Positions 51,178 to 63,520 of a DNA stretch of 64,000 nucleotides are shown piece after piece. The notes beneath the pieces were generated by a model. It did not search any database, was not told the DNA's origin, and was given only the letters and a program-made list of their open reading frames with translations. Made by a program: the position numbers and the translations under genes. Source of the stretch: Gordius albopunctatus. Its lineage: Eukaryota. Each line of letters begins with the position of its first letter. Within the stretch, counting starts at the first letter, position 1. The stretch spans positions 3,720,001-3,784,000 of the forward strand of contig OZ193910.1 in assembly GCA_964276515.1 (NCBI GenBank). The letters run 5' to 3'.

Positions 51178-52020
51178 CTAAATTTTATATTATTTATAAA
51201 ATAATAATATTACCATTTGTTTTCAGGAGTACAAGTAATAGAGATCCTTTCAATATTTGCAATTGACTCGTTGTCGCTCTTTCATTAGGCCTTTAAAGCT
51301 GTTTGAAATATATATAAATTAATTATAAATCTATATATTAAATTTTATATTATTTATAAAAGAATAATATTACCATTTGTTTTTAGGAGTACAAGTAATA
51401 GAGATCCTTTCAATATTTGCCATTAACTCGTTGTCGCTATTTCATTAGGCCCTTTAAATTTGTTTGAAATATATATAAATTAATTATAAATCTATATATT
51501 AAATTTTATATTATTTATAAAATAATAATATTACCATTTGTTTTTAGGAGTACAAGTAATAGAGATCCTTTCAATATTTGCCATTAACTCGTTGTCGCTC
51601 TTTCATTAGGCCTTTAAAGCTGTTTGAAATATATATAAATTAATTATAAATCTATATATTAAATTTTATATTATTTATAAAATAATAATATTACCATTTG
51701 TTTTTAGGAGTACAAGTAATAGAGATCCTTTCAATATTTGCCATTAACTCGTTGTCGCTCAATCATTAGGCCCTTTAAATTTGTTTGAAATATATATAAA
51801 TTAATTATAAATCTATATATTAAATTTTATATTATTTATAAAATAATAATATTACCATTTGTTTTCAGGAGTACAAGTAATAGAGATCCTTTCAATATTT
51901 GCCATTAACTCGTTGTCGCTATTTCATTAGGCCCTTTAAATTTGTTTGAAATATATATAAAATAATTATAAATCTATATTTCTAAATTTGTTATATTCAT
52001 TTAATAATATTATTACCATT
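51178..52020. repeat. Tandem repeat, five units of ~162-163 bp
   Basis: TTACCATTTGTTTT.AGGAGTACAAGTAATAGAGATCC recurs at about 51210, 51370, 51531, 51691 and 51852. Confidence 0.95.
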
Positions 52021-53200
52021 AGTTTTCCATAATATTCATTTCCAAAATTTTGTTGAAAAGTATAAACATAGATTAATAAACGGCTTCTAAATTATATAGC
52101 CTTTGCCTTTAACTAAACTGGCCATAGAATATGTAGTCTGTATGCACTGCAATGGAAACTTCTATCATGGTCTCCATAGCCTATGGAACCAAGGAATAAG
52201 TTCATTCTTAGTTGAAGTAATATTTTTTAAATCTATATTAAAAATAATTTTTTATTTATAAATTTAAAAACAATCCATATATTTACATATATAAATTTTT
52301 TTAAACTATTTGGCTTCATAATTGTAAATAAATATCTTTGCATATATCAAATTATTTAACGGTATCCAATCTTTCCCTTATTAAATGCTAAATTTTTAAC
52401 CTTTGAGACGCATGCATTGTAGTATTTTATAAATGGAATTTTTGTAAATACAACGCAAATTTAATTAAGAAAACAACTATTTACTTGAAAGGCTTTTCTT
52501 GCTTTGATTACTACATTTGTGCCTTCTATTTAAACCTTCTTCTTCTTTGCTTAATGGAATAACAGGATACTCTTCATCCTTGTTTTAAATTAAGAAGCAA
52601 TTATTACTACTAGGTGAACTAAAAGTATATGGGCATAGAGTTTCTGAACTAATTGTTATTTGAGCACTTACAATATATATATTTTTTGGATATTGCTAAT
52701 TAAACGATTTTAGAACCTCTGATAGTTGTAAGTTTTAAAATTATTATTAGAGCATCAATAAATACTTTCTTGCAATTACATCTATTAATAGACCAGGAAA
52801 AACCAGACCCACCCAGCCCATGAAGCCGGGTGATCTCTTAAATTTAGAATTTTAAGCGGGCTAGGCTTGGCACTTTGATACTTTTTGAGCAATTCTGGCT
52901 TATTGGCCTTTTTTATATTAAATTTAATATGCTTTCGTATAAAATTTTATCTGCACCCAAACATGATTATTAATCGTGGCTCCTTTCATAACAGATATTT
53001 TTCGAAAATCCGTTTCTTATTATTTACCAAATATTTCATTAATTTAACTATGATAAATATTTTATAGTTGGATTTATTTCAATTCTTATGTCATTAATGT
53101 TAAATATTTTGCTGAAATTTTATGGGACTACATTGACTCGGGCCTAAGTGGGGACACTTAATAAAGTTCGAAGGTGAGAGCGAGAGCTTGGAGGAGTAAT

Positions 53201-54040
53201 TTAATTATTAGTGCCAAGCCGGGTTCGAGCAAAAGAGAAAAATATGACCTTACATAAACATATGCTACTTACGTCCTCCTCCTTTTTACGGTGTAACAAA
53301 TTTTGAAAGAATTCGTTAATTCTTTTTCCATACTGCTTTTTAATCGGCGATTTAACATTTTTATTTATTAATATTGAGTTAGGTAGAGCACTATCCAGGG
53401 AGGCACTAAACCGAAGTAACGAAGTTATGGCTTGTGGTTCATAGAAAATGCTAGGGAATGTAAATTTTATTGAATTTTCGGATATGTTGTCTTGCGATTC
53501 ATCGCCATGCCTTCGCACATAAGCGCTCATCTTATCCCTGCATTTCATCCCATTCTTATTGCCGAGTGCCGAATTGTAGGGATTGGTTAGTGCTTTTGGA
53601 TAATTTCCCGGTACCTCCTCTAAGAGAGGGAAAAATGTAATACCAAGAGATTTTGGGCTAGTGTCTTGTTTGTTTTCTTTATCAACGATTGACTCAATTA
53701 AATCTTCACAAACATTTCCTGCCACTTCTGCATATTCTTCCTCTTTCTCTTCCACATCATCATTATCATCTTCCTTATTACCACTACCGTCCTTATCATT
53801 ACTATCTTCTTTATCATTACTATCTTCCTTATCATTATTATCTTCCTTATTATCATCCTCTTCATTATTATCATCCTCTTCATTATTATCCACGATCTCT
53901 TTCTGAATAATATCCATTTCTGGATTGTTCTTTATTAAATCATTATCATTTTTGGTATTTAATTTCTTGGTTCCATACACTATGTCATCATCTTCTTTTC
54001 TACTCTTTCTACATATGCATATTTTAAATAGATCAAGCAT
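53201..54040 (-). CDS. Hypothetical acidic low-complexity protein (279 aa from ATG 54040)
   Basis: 840-bp open frame in very AT-rich DNA, with D/E/N/K-rich hexapeptide repeats. No recognisable domain. Confidence 0.55.
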   Translation of the reverse strand: MLDLFKICICRKSRKEDDDIVYGTKKLNTKNDNDLIKNNPEMDIIQKEIVDNNEEDDNNEEDDNKEDNNDKEDSNDKEDSNDKDGSGNKEDDNDDVEEKEEEYAEVAGNVCEDLIESIVDKENKQDTSPKSLGITFFPLLEEVPGNYPKALTNPYNSALGNKNGMKCRDKMSAYVRRHGDESQDNISENSIKFTFPSIFYEPQAITSLLRFSASLDSALPNSILINKNVKSPIKKQYGKRINEFFQNLLHRKKEEDVSSICLCKVIFFSFARTRLGTNN

Positions 54041-54648
54041 TGAAATAGTTTTATGATGGATTGTTGGCAAATTTACTAGCTTATTTACATCAAATGCTCA
54101 TACGTCATATATTAGCCAATTTGTGTCTCATTGTTGCAATAAATATCATTTTGAGTCTTTTCAAATTATCGACTTAATATTATAGAATAGAATCAATTAG
54201 ACCTAATTAAGAAGAGTTTGGTAAAATTTAGGAACTACCTCTTCTTAACCCAAAATGAGGTTATCAAGCTGAAATCTCGCAAATAAACTTAACTTTAAAT
54301 TCCAACATGTCTATTAATTAGCTTTTGCGCTATTTTAGCATTTATCTAGATTATTATCATAGTTATTTTTTACAATCCATAAATCTTACACTATTAAAAA
54401 TTATATTAAATGGATTACAGAAAATAAATTTTACGGCTACGCATACTATATATGTGTTAAAGTTTTAAATGTTTATAAATCGTAATTTTCCTGTTTAAAA
54501 ATATCTAATTTTTTATAATGTGAATTTTTAACAATATATAACCAACTCGCTTAAGTGTTTTATATGCCGTGCTCCTTTTAAAATTTATGTTTAACCCTTT
54601 GAGGTATCCTACACTATGTGCGTTCCTCATTAAAATTAAACTAAATAA

Positions 54649-56687
54649 TAGAGATCTACACACGCGCAGGCCCGGCCCGCAGACGGGCCTTAAAGCCCGA
54701 CTGGCGGCTGAAAAAATTTAACGTGCCGGCTCTCGGCAGGCCACTCGAACGGGGTTTAAATTGCGCAAATGTTTTTGGAATTTATATTTCATTTAGGCCA
54801 ACCTTAAAGGGCTTTTAGATTTTTTCCTCCAAATATGGATTCATAGTATTTGAAAAATAAACTCCTCATGACAAAATATTATTAGATGGCATTAATTCGT
54901 ATATGAAATGGTCTTTATAATTTTTAGTCATTGCACAAAAAATTTCTAGCATTTTATTCATATTATATGACTACACTTTTAGCATTTTATTGCATCATTT
55001 GAATTTTGCCAATTTCCATAAATTTAGATTACACTTAGAAATGCTGGAAGCCCAACTTATTCTTTCTATGACTGTTTGTCACTTAGGCTGGTGGTCAGTC
55101 CTTTTAGCATTAGTTTTCATTTGTCTCTATATTGACATAGATCTTTCTTTATTGTGTGAATTTTCATATCGTGCCTTATTTTATGGATCCACGTAAGCTT
55201 GGGTCTTCCTCACTTTCGTTTTCCTGCGAAATTTATCTTCTCAATTTTCTTTCTAACGTAGCTATCGACATGGCCATACCATCTTAGTCTGTTTGTTAGG
55301 AGCTTTGTCTTGATAGATGCAGTACTCAACTTTCTTCTTATTTCTTCATTTTACTTATGTTCCTTTTTGCCTACTTCTAGCACCCACCTTAGCATTCTCA
55401 TCTCCATGGACGCATTGTTTGAATAGTTAAGTGTATGGTAAACCTTAACAAAAGATATTATAGCGTATGTTCCAACAAAAATTTCTTTACATGTTCGCAA
55501 TAAAAAGACATAAAATTATCTTGTTTTGTTTCAACTTTAAAGTTGATCCATTGTTTTTCCAAACAATCGCAAGATGTATGCTTTTATAAAAATTTTATTT
55601 GTTGGTCCTCATATTGCTACCCATATCAAACAGCTGTAGTCTCTGGCAACTTTTCAAAAGGCAACTCATCATCAACATATCACGAGTTCATCACGAATTG
55701 ATCATCACATCATCATTAATTTTTTCAAATTATAGTTTTATTTAGTATTTCGTCAAACAAGTAAATTTAAAATGATGTTTTTTAATATTTTTATTATAGT
55801 TATGTTGACTTAGAGGAAGAAACAACTTTTTTTTATCAAAATTTTTTTTACGTTAAATACAATGAAGGAAACACTCAAATATACCTTAGATGCCGTAAAT
55901 CACATTGTACAGGGAGAGCAATGAGGTTTGGGACCACGTATTTTCTTACCAAAGAACATTTAGATATACCACATAAAAGTATAAGTCCACAACAACAAAT
56001 ATGTTTCCAAGTTATTTTATGTTTAAGTTTATTAATTTTTTACTTTAGTTCATATTTCAAGTTCTAGTCTGTCTGCTGGAGCCTTGTCCACAATAACAAA
56101 TATGTCTCCAAGTAATTTTATGTTTAATTTTTTTAATTTTTTACTTTAGTTCATATTTCAAGTTCTAGTCTGTCTGCTGGAGCCTTGTCAACAACAACAA
56201 ATATGTTTCCAAGTAATTTTATGTTTAAGTTTTTTAATTTTTTACTTTAGTTCATATTTCAAGTTCTAGTCTGTCTGCTGGAACATTGTCCACAACAACA
56301 AATATGATCAGGATAGTGGTCATTTCCATCGCTTAGCCCTCTTGTTTGTAAGATTTTTTGGACATCCGCTTTTGCCTCGAGTGAGAGGTGTTTTTCGTCA
56401 GTGGGTCGCATTTATGAAGAGCGGAGAAAAATTTAAACGCGGAAATTTTTGATGCCTGTGTTTTTTTCCAAAATAGCTTTATTATCGATTTATAATTTTA
56501 TTATGTAGTTTTATTATTTAATAAAAAATTTTTACCAAAATTAAGTTTGATTAAGTTTCTGCAATTACTAAAATTCCGTGCCTTGTTTTTAAAGATACTA
56601 AAATTTGGGCCCGGACCGGGCCTGATTTTTATTTATAGATTCCGGGCTCGGGCCGCGCCTTAAAAAAATTGATTTTGCAGGTCTCTA
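54649..56687. mobile_element. hAT-like composite element containing an RTE 3' fragment and a tandem repeat
   Basis: TAGAGA...TCTCTA ends with GGCCC motifs, but no matching TSD. RTE remnant at about 55190-55480 on minus (EMRMLRW; RLRWYGHV). Three ~102-bp units at 55985-56305. Confidence 0.5.
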
Positions 56688-57859
56688 GGTAGGACCTACT
56701 GCAATGTTTCCATATACTATGTGGGAAAGGGTCCACGCAGAAGGCCCTCGTACAAACAATCATCTGGAGGGTTTTCACCACGGCTTAAAATGTTTGATTG
56801 GGATAACCCATCCCATCATATATGAATTTATTTAAAACCTGTTAGCCTTACAGGAAATAAAGGACATAAACATGCTGCATATAAATCAAGGCAAGCAAAT
56901 ATTTGACACTAATAAAAAATATAAAATGATTAATTTTCAAATAAACCGACTTATCACTCATTATAAAAACAATTGTAATAATATTGATATTTTTTCTTAT
57001 TCCGATACTATCGCGAGCTATTTACATTTAGAATCGCACGAAAATCCTTGTCGAAGTTGATTTGTTTTTTATGAATATATTTTTGTATATTTTCAATAAA
57101 TAAAATTAAAATATGCAGTAATTTGTCTTTCGTAGTTTAAATCTCGAAAATTTAAATTTTCAATTCTCATATATACAGTTTATTTTAAAAGCTAAGATAT
57201 AAATATAGGATTTTTAGACAAATTTAATAAGAATTAAAGTTTTTGGTCATATAAATCATCTATAAGGCACCAGGTGGTTATTCATTGAAATGGGTTACAC
57301 TATTTAATTGAACCTATCAATTATATTAACCAGAGAATCTCAAACCTCGGAAAAATTTAAACGTTGTTTAGAGTTGATGTATTGAAACCGATTTCTACGT
57401 ATACCATTGGATATTATTTAATTTCTATTAAATTTTTACAAGGGCGGACTTATTGCTACAAACCTGAACATGTGACTAAGTTTTTAAAAGTCCACCATCT
57501 AGAATAAAAATCATGGGTAAATTTTATAAAAGTACTATAAAATCAGAATAAAAATATAGAAATGTAGACCTATATCTAACTCCGCTTTAAAATTATCACA
57601 TGTAAGTAATTTTAGCCCTATTTGGTATATTAGGAGGTACAATTTTATCTATAAATATTATGTATCTGCCATTTTTCCTATCAAAAATCAGAGAAAATCG
57701 AAATAATTAATGCAAAATTTTTTCTATTCTTGACTATTCTACCCCCTGCCCTTTTATAGTATGTACTTTTGCAAAGAAAAATATAAAAATATTATTAGTG
57801 GATTCATAGTCTTATAATTAAATCATTAAAAAGGTTGAGCTAGCCACAAAAGCTCTGCC

Positions 57860-58225
57860 CAGTGTAACCTTTAGGTGACGTTCATCTCTAAGACAAATTT
57901 TAAAGTCTTTATAGAGATCATATAAATTTTAAATTAACTATCAAAATGTTGGAAAAATTATACAAATTTTGAATATGTAATTTAATTTGCAAAAAACTTA
58001 TTGTTGAGTCTATATAAATATTGAATATAAGAAGGCAGGTCGGAACTGCGATTTTTACGATTTTGAAACGAGTATAATTCAAGAACCAATGACGATGAAG
58101 TAATAAAATTGTATCGGATGATATATCCCAATCCAATCACTCAAATTTAATTTAAAAAATGTTTTTATCTTAAGTAGTTTTTGTAAAAAGTGGCTCTAAA
58201 GTTGCGTCACATAAAGGTTACACTG
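57860..58225. mobile_element. MITE with ~21-bp TIRs
   Basis: CAGTGTAACCTTTAGGTGACG / CGTCACATAAAGGTTACACTG. TSD not clear. Confidence 0.7.
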
Positions 58226-59045
58226 ATACCTGTCGGGTTAAATACACTTAGTACATTGCCTTCTACAATTCAGTTTCTTTGAGAAATAGATATTACTTTC
58301 TGTAGTAAACTCTTAAATTATATTTTATTGAAAATTGCAAAAAAAAACTTACCTTTTACTTTTCATATTTTTCTTCATTAATTATAGCTCTAGCATATAG
58401 AAATATGACTCGTTGCACATATTAAACAATCTTGTTTGACGTATAATATATTTATCTATTAGAGATTTGTAAAATTTCATTTAAATATCACCTATGATAC
58501 TGTATAAAAGCAAGTATACTTTTTATTAACCCAAAAGTACTTTTGTATTAATTTATTGTGAATAACTTTAATTAAATAATCTATCAATATCATTTATATA
58601 TAAACTTATTTTGTAGCATTTGTTTTTATTATATGTTATAATCCATTTAATGAAAATATAACACAATAAAACTACTTATTTTTAATAATATAGTATTACC
58701 TAATTGGAACATCGGTACCTTTATAATTTAGATCACACTATTCACACCCCTCATCATAATTTGAATACACAACAGACATTGAAGTTTAATATTTAAATAA
58801 CTTACGATATAACAATGTTATTCATATTAACCTCTTTACAATTATATATAAACTAATTCTTATCGATTAATAATCATTATATCTTTTTGTTATACATTTA
58901 GTAATGAAGTAAAAACTTAAGCCTCTACAATAATAGAATCTGATTTAGATTTTTATTTCATATAAATTTGATTTAAAATCATATGATATTTCTACACATT
59001 CATTTTGATTCATACATTATATTTGTCTTTAGAATTGTTGTCTCT

Positions 59046-60435
59046 ATGGAGGCAATTTTAAACGATGAATTTAAATATTATATTATACACAAGTCTTTGA
59101 AATACTTTTTGATTACAAAAACTATTTATGATGGTAACCCATAGCTGTTTGATACTAAATGTTTATATAGAAGTTATTGTAAATGCTTATGATGGCCTAC
59201 ATAAATCTTGGTTTTGGTTATATCATATAATAAATCTATTTTTAGAAGTAAACTTTAAAAAAATAATGCTTATGTTATAGTGCAAAAATGATTGTAATAG
59301 GTCAAAGCATTGCTATCAAAATCTTTTAAATTTGATTACAAAGTGTGAAGATATACAGGTTAAAAACTCATTATTTTATAATTATATTCATTTCTTAATA
59401 TAATACGAAATAATTAATTAAAAATCTAGTATTACCGCAAATGATTGCTGGCAATGTTATAATATTAATTTTAATTAAAAAGTAAATTTATACCTAGTGG
59501 TATAAAAATTATTTATTATTAGGATGAAGAAATTAAAAACGCTTATAAAAATATATCAACATTTTGCACAAGGTTGCTTGAAATAGAAACTATTATAGTA
59601 ATTAAAAAATGTTACTTGTAACAAAAGTTTTAGTTTGATCAGGATTTAAATGACAAATATAATGCCATCCATGAATCTCTTCATTTATTAGTTAAATCCC
59701 AATTTTCTAAACTACCTGTCCCTCTTCAAGTATATATATCAATATGTAATTCAAGTTTTGCCAGTTTAATTCTACTCTGTTACAACCATCACAAGACCTG
59801 TAATTAAATCATGCAAATTTAGCTTATGTTTTAAAAAAAATATTTTTGTATAACTTGTATTTATTAGATCTAATGATGAAAACTTTTCTGACACTTTTAT
59901 TGAAACTGGGGATTTAAAATTAAATAAGGAATTACAAATAACGTCTCTAAAGTCAATTGTTGATTGGTAAGTTCTTAATTATTAAATATATATCCTCTGA
60001 TATATCTATTTTTTCATAAGTGAATCAACCAGCAAGTATTTCCCAAAATCAAAGCCTCAACTTAAGATTGGCCCATTTACAAAAGAACTCGTTAATGATG
60101 ACAATTTATTTGAGCAAGAGTTAACTACAAATTCAGAGTATTTTAATATTTTTTAAATATCACAAAAAATTTTCTCCGTTTTATTTCAAAGCAAGGGATA
60201 TAATGATATAAATAAAGAAGATTTTTGTCATGAGAAATACCGTGGGCGTGGTAAGGGTGGTGCTTGGACTACCCAAGATGAAGAAAAACTTATGGATCTT
60301 GTTAAGAAAATGGGGAAAAATTGGAGCAAATTATACATTCACTTTCCTCATAGAACCAATGTTAATCTCAAGGATAAGTATCGTCAATTAGAAAAACATG
60401 GTAGAGTTAAGAGATACTTTTCCAAACCTATCTAA
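59046..60435 (+). CDS. TRF1/TRF2-like telomeric repeat-binding protein with C-terminal telobox Myb domain (~10 exons, ~306 aa)
   Basis: Last exon 60192-60435: GAWTTQDEEKLMDLVKKMGKNWSKLYIHFPHRTNVNLKDKYRQL. Phase-consistent upstream exons 59523-59597, 59634-59729, 59765-59799, 59868-59966, 60021-60137, and 59046-59133, 59171-59247. Splicing in 59281-59522 is ambiguous. Confidence 0.75.
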
Positions 60436-61381
60436 TTATAATTAAATCTTATGTATTTAAATAAATTATGTTTTTTATACCAAATTTTATAAGTTGTTTG
60501 CAATTTGTATGGAAAACTCGGAAAAGGTCTTGCTGTTAAAAATTTAAATAATTTATTAAACCAATTTATTTAAAAGTACGTTTATTTCCTTCAAATGTTG
60601 CCAAAAAGATTCTAAATCTATGTTTTTGAATACCGTTTTCCCACCTTTTGGACTGTTTTAAAAATTAAATATTTTATCTTTCTAGTTTTTATTTAAATAA
60701 GTTTAACTCTTAAACATTTCAAATATGCCTACCAGATTCGAATTAACAAATATTTTAAAAAGGCTGAAGTTTTCTTGAATTAGATATTTAAAAGTATAAT
60801 AACAATGTTACAGTATAGGGTCAAAATTATTTGGGTTTAATCAACCATTTAAATAAATAAAATTTAAATTAATAGCTTTTGCAGAATCATAAAATTCCTT
60901 TTAGTTTTAAAAAAGTGATAAATTCTGAAACTACCGGCCCAATTCGCTCGAAACTTTATCCGTAGGTTCCCAGGGCGGCCAGGGGTAAAATAGCTTTTTC
61001 AGATTCCTGAAATACCTTTTCGTTTAAAAAATATCGGACATTTCCAGGCCAGTTTCATTTATAGCATCATATACAATAATGGCGTCATACATACAAGGCT
61101 TAAGTTTTCTCGCATTAGATATTTAAAAGTATAATAAAAATGTTACAGTATACGGTCAAAATTATTGGGGTTTAACAAACTATTTAAATTAAATAAATAA
61201 TATTTAAATTATTATCACGTGGTCGATCATGGAAGAGTATTTTTAATAATTATCCATAATTCAATTAATTATTTTATTATATTAAAGAAAGTTGTATTTC
61301 AAATAAATCAGCTAACTAGAAAAATAAAATAATGGTATTATTGTATAATAAGCAGGTTTTTAATTAGGGGGGGGGGCAGAT

Positions 61382-61915
61382 TAGAGGCCTGCAAATTCAC
61401 TTTTTTTCAACCCGACCCGAAAGCGTTTTTTTTATTTAAATTTTGCAAATAAAATAAGTATAAAATTTTAGATCCACACAATAATAAATAAAACTTACTT
61501 TTTTGTTGATTCATGAATATTTAGTTATATCCTTATGTAGTTAAATTTATAATCTACTCTATAGGCTATAAACAATAATAAATACTCATTTGTTAATATT
61601 TTACCTTTCGTAATTCAGTTTTAAATTTAAATTTGCCTCCAAATTAAACGAATTTAAAAAAATAGAAAAGGAAATTGGTTATATTAATGAATGATTATGA
61701 TTAGTAATACAATTCGATATTGTTTTACAAAAATTATAGATAATAGCATTAATTTGACAAATACGTTTAGTTCATTTTGTAATGTAAGATTCATATCCTT
61801 TGACCCGATTCTACAAATCCAACCCGACCCGAAAGCATTCTAAAATTTTCAACCCGACCCGACCCGAAAGCGTTTTTAAATTTTTAACCCTTCGGGTGAC
61901 CCGTGTAGTCCTCTA
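61382..61915. mobile_element. hAT-type MITE
   Basis: TAGAGG...CCTCTA ends, perfect TSD GGGCAGAT, CCCGA repeats. Inserted into a G-rich MITE. Confidence 0.85.
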
Positions 61916-62629
61916 GGGCAGATTAAAAAAAAATTTTCTCGACTATCCAAAAATTTTCATGAAAGCAAAAAAAAGATCTTGGACTACTAAATTCCTAAAT
62001 TTTTCCTGAAACCCGCAGGGGGTAGCCGCCCTCCCCTGGGGGCAGCCGCCCTTTCTGCCCTTCCCTGGCTAATTAGGGGGGGGGGGGGGGCAAAACATAA
62101 TTTTTAAGGGTTTTTGTATTGAAAAATTATTTTTTTAAATTAGGGGGGGGGGGAGGGGTACGCCCATGAATCAAAGTCATTTTTTTGCTTATTTTTTACG
62201 TCATTTATTATTATTATAGGACCGTCGTGTCCCCTCCTGCGTGGCTAAATAAATTAAAAACTCTAATTTTGTCATTTTTTGCGCGTTAAATAAGGAGAAA
62301 AATGAAAATACAATTAACAAAGTGCCAATAAATGTTGATATATCTCAGTTCTTCGGACATTATTAAGTTCAGAATTAAAAGTCTTATTCAGAAACAAATA
62401 ATTATGATATTCTTTCTTAATTACAAAAAAATTGCTTGAAGGGCCAGGGGGCCAAAGATTTTTCACTTGGGGGGGGCATGGGGCCAGGTTTTATCTCTTG
62501 GGTGGGCCTCGGCCTTGGACCCTCTTTAACTAATTGTTTGAAAATTATCAAACTTTATTTTTACTTCAATAACCGCTTTATCATCATGTATGCCCTAAAA
62601 TTCCAACATAATTTAATACACCCGGGTAA

Positions 62630-62661
62630 ATGGCAAAACAACGTTTGCCGGGTTCATCTAG
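62630..62661 (+). mobile_element. Helitron 3' terminus
   Basis: Hairpin GGCAAAACAACGTTTGCC followed by GGGTTCAT-CTAG and T. Confidence 0.65.
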
Positions 62662-63018
62662 TATTTTATAAAACACAAATAAAAATCTAATTAGCGGGCC
62701 TTACCTATATATACACCCGGCGCGAGCCCCTCAGGTTATATCACGGCCCGTCGAGACCGGGCCTATTATTTATTGTAAAGCAGAATCCCACCCCGCGTGC
62801 CGGGATTTTAGGGCCGTTCGCGGGCAGGGCCGTGCATGGCTCTAGTAATAGATGAACTACAGTCACTTAATTCCCTGTGTTAAAGGGAAGGGATGGCTAT
62901 TTTGAGTCTGGGGCTCAATGTAAAAAATAGAGATAAATTAATTTTAAATATATGTCCTAAAAAATAGAGCTAGTGTAAAAATTTTTTTATGGATTCCTTT
63001 ATTTATAAACACAAATTA

Positions 63019-63520
63019 TTAAAATAAGAATTGCCGATTAATTTGCAAGTTAGTGACGTTTGAAAAACTCCAATATGGCTGTATGTATTTATTAACTTTA
63101 CAGCAAATTTCAATAAAAACATGACTTATAGGGAAAAAATTAAAAATATATTTAAGTTTACCGTAAAATACTCTACCAGTTTGCCAGTTGATTTTATAAG
63201 TCTTTATTTGTTGACCAGTGTTATTATTATTCTCTTCCATCTATGATACCGTTTTTAACAATTTGGCCATAGAAGAAATTAATATTATTAGCCTTTGATG
63301 AATTTAGTTGATCCTAGGTGTTTAAAACGCGTTAAGATCTTTAAATACTATCAAAGATACCCGAAATTTTAGAAATGTTCTAAGGATATTATGGTTTTGC
63401 TATCAAAAGAACAAGATCCGACAGATCATACCTAATGTTTTATAAAGGTTAAAAAATTTAATGAGTCATGGACCCAAATACCAATGGAGGGTTAAAACAA
63501 ACATAGGTGACACGGACAAA
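63019..63520 (-). pseudogene. Decayed intron-containing fragment, probably N-terminal part of a hAT/ZMYM-like transposase
   Basis: Shares ATAACACTGGTCAACAAATAA...AAATCAAC.GGCAAACTG with 10641-10689 (+) and TGGCCATAGAA with about 52120. Short GT-AG intron at about 63126-63161. Confidence 0.35.

Larger units (their letters stand above)
47940..52560 (-). pseudogene. Heavily decayed, intron-containing hAT (ZMYM1/DUF4371-like) transposase relic, split by nested elements
   Basis: FYLIILDEIRDVRCTEQLSVCLY (48839-49021), QTFDG and nearby LY..H remnants. Exon/intron-like segments at 51178-52250. Boundaries are approximate. Confidence 0.5.

Noticed and set aside
53661..53910. Ser/Leu-rich and His/Tyr-rich ORFs
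   Set aside because: They are other frames of the acidic repeat in the 53201-54040 ORF.
60779..61200. ~80-100 bp direct repeat (about 60779 and 61115)
   Set aside because: It is real, but no termini or TSD could be defined. Probably an internal repeat of an unclassified element.
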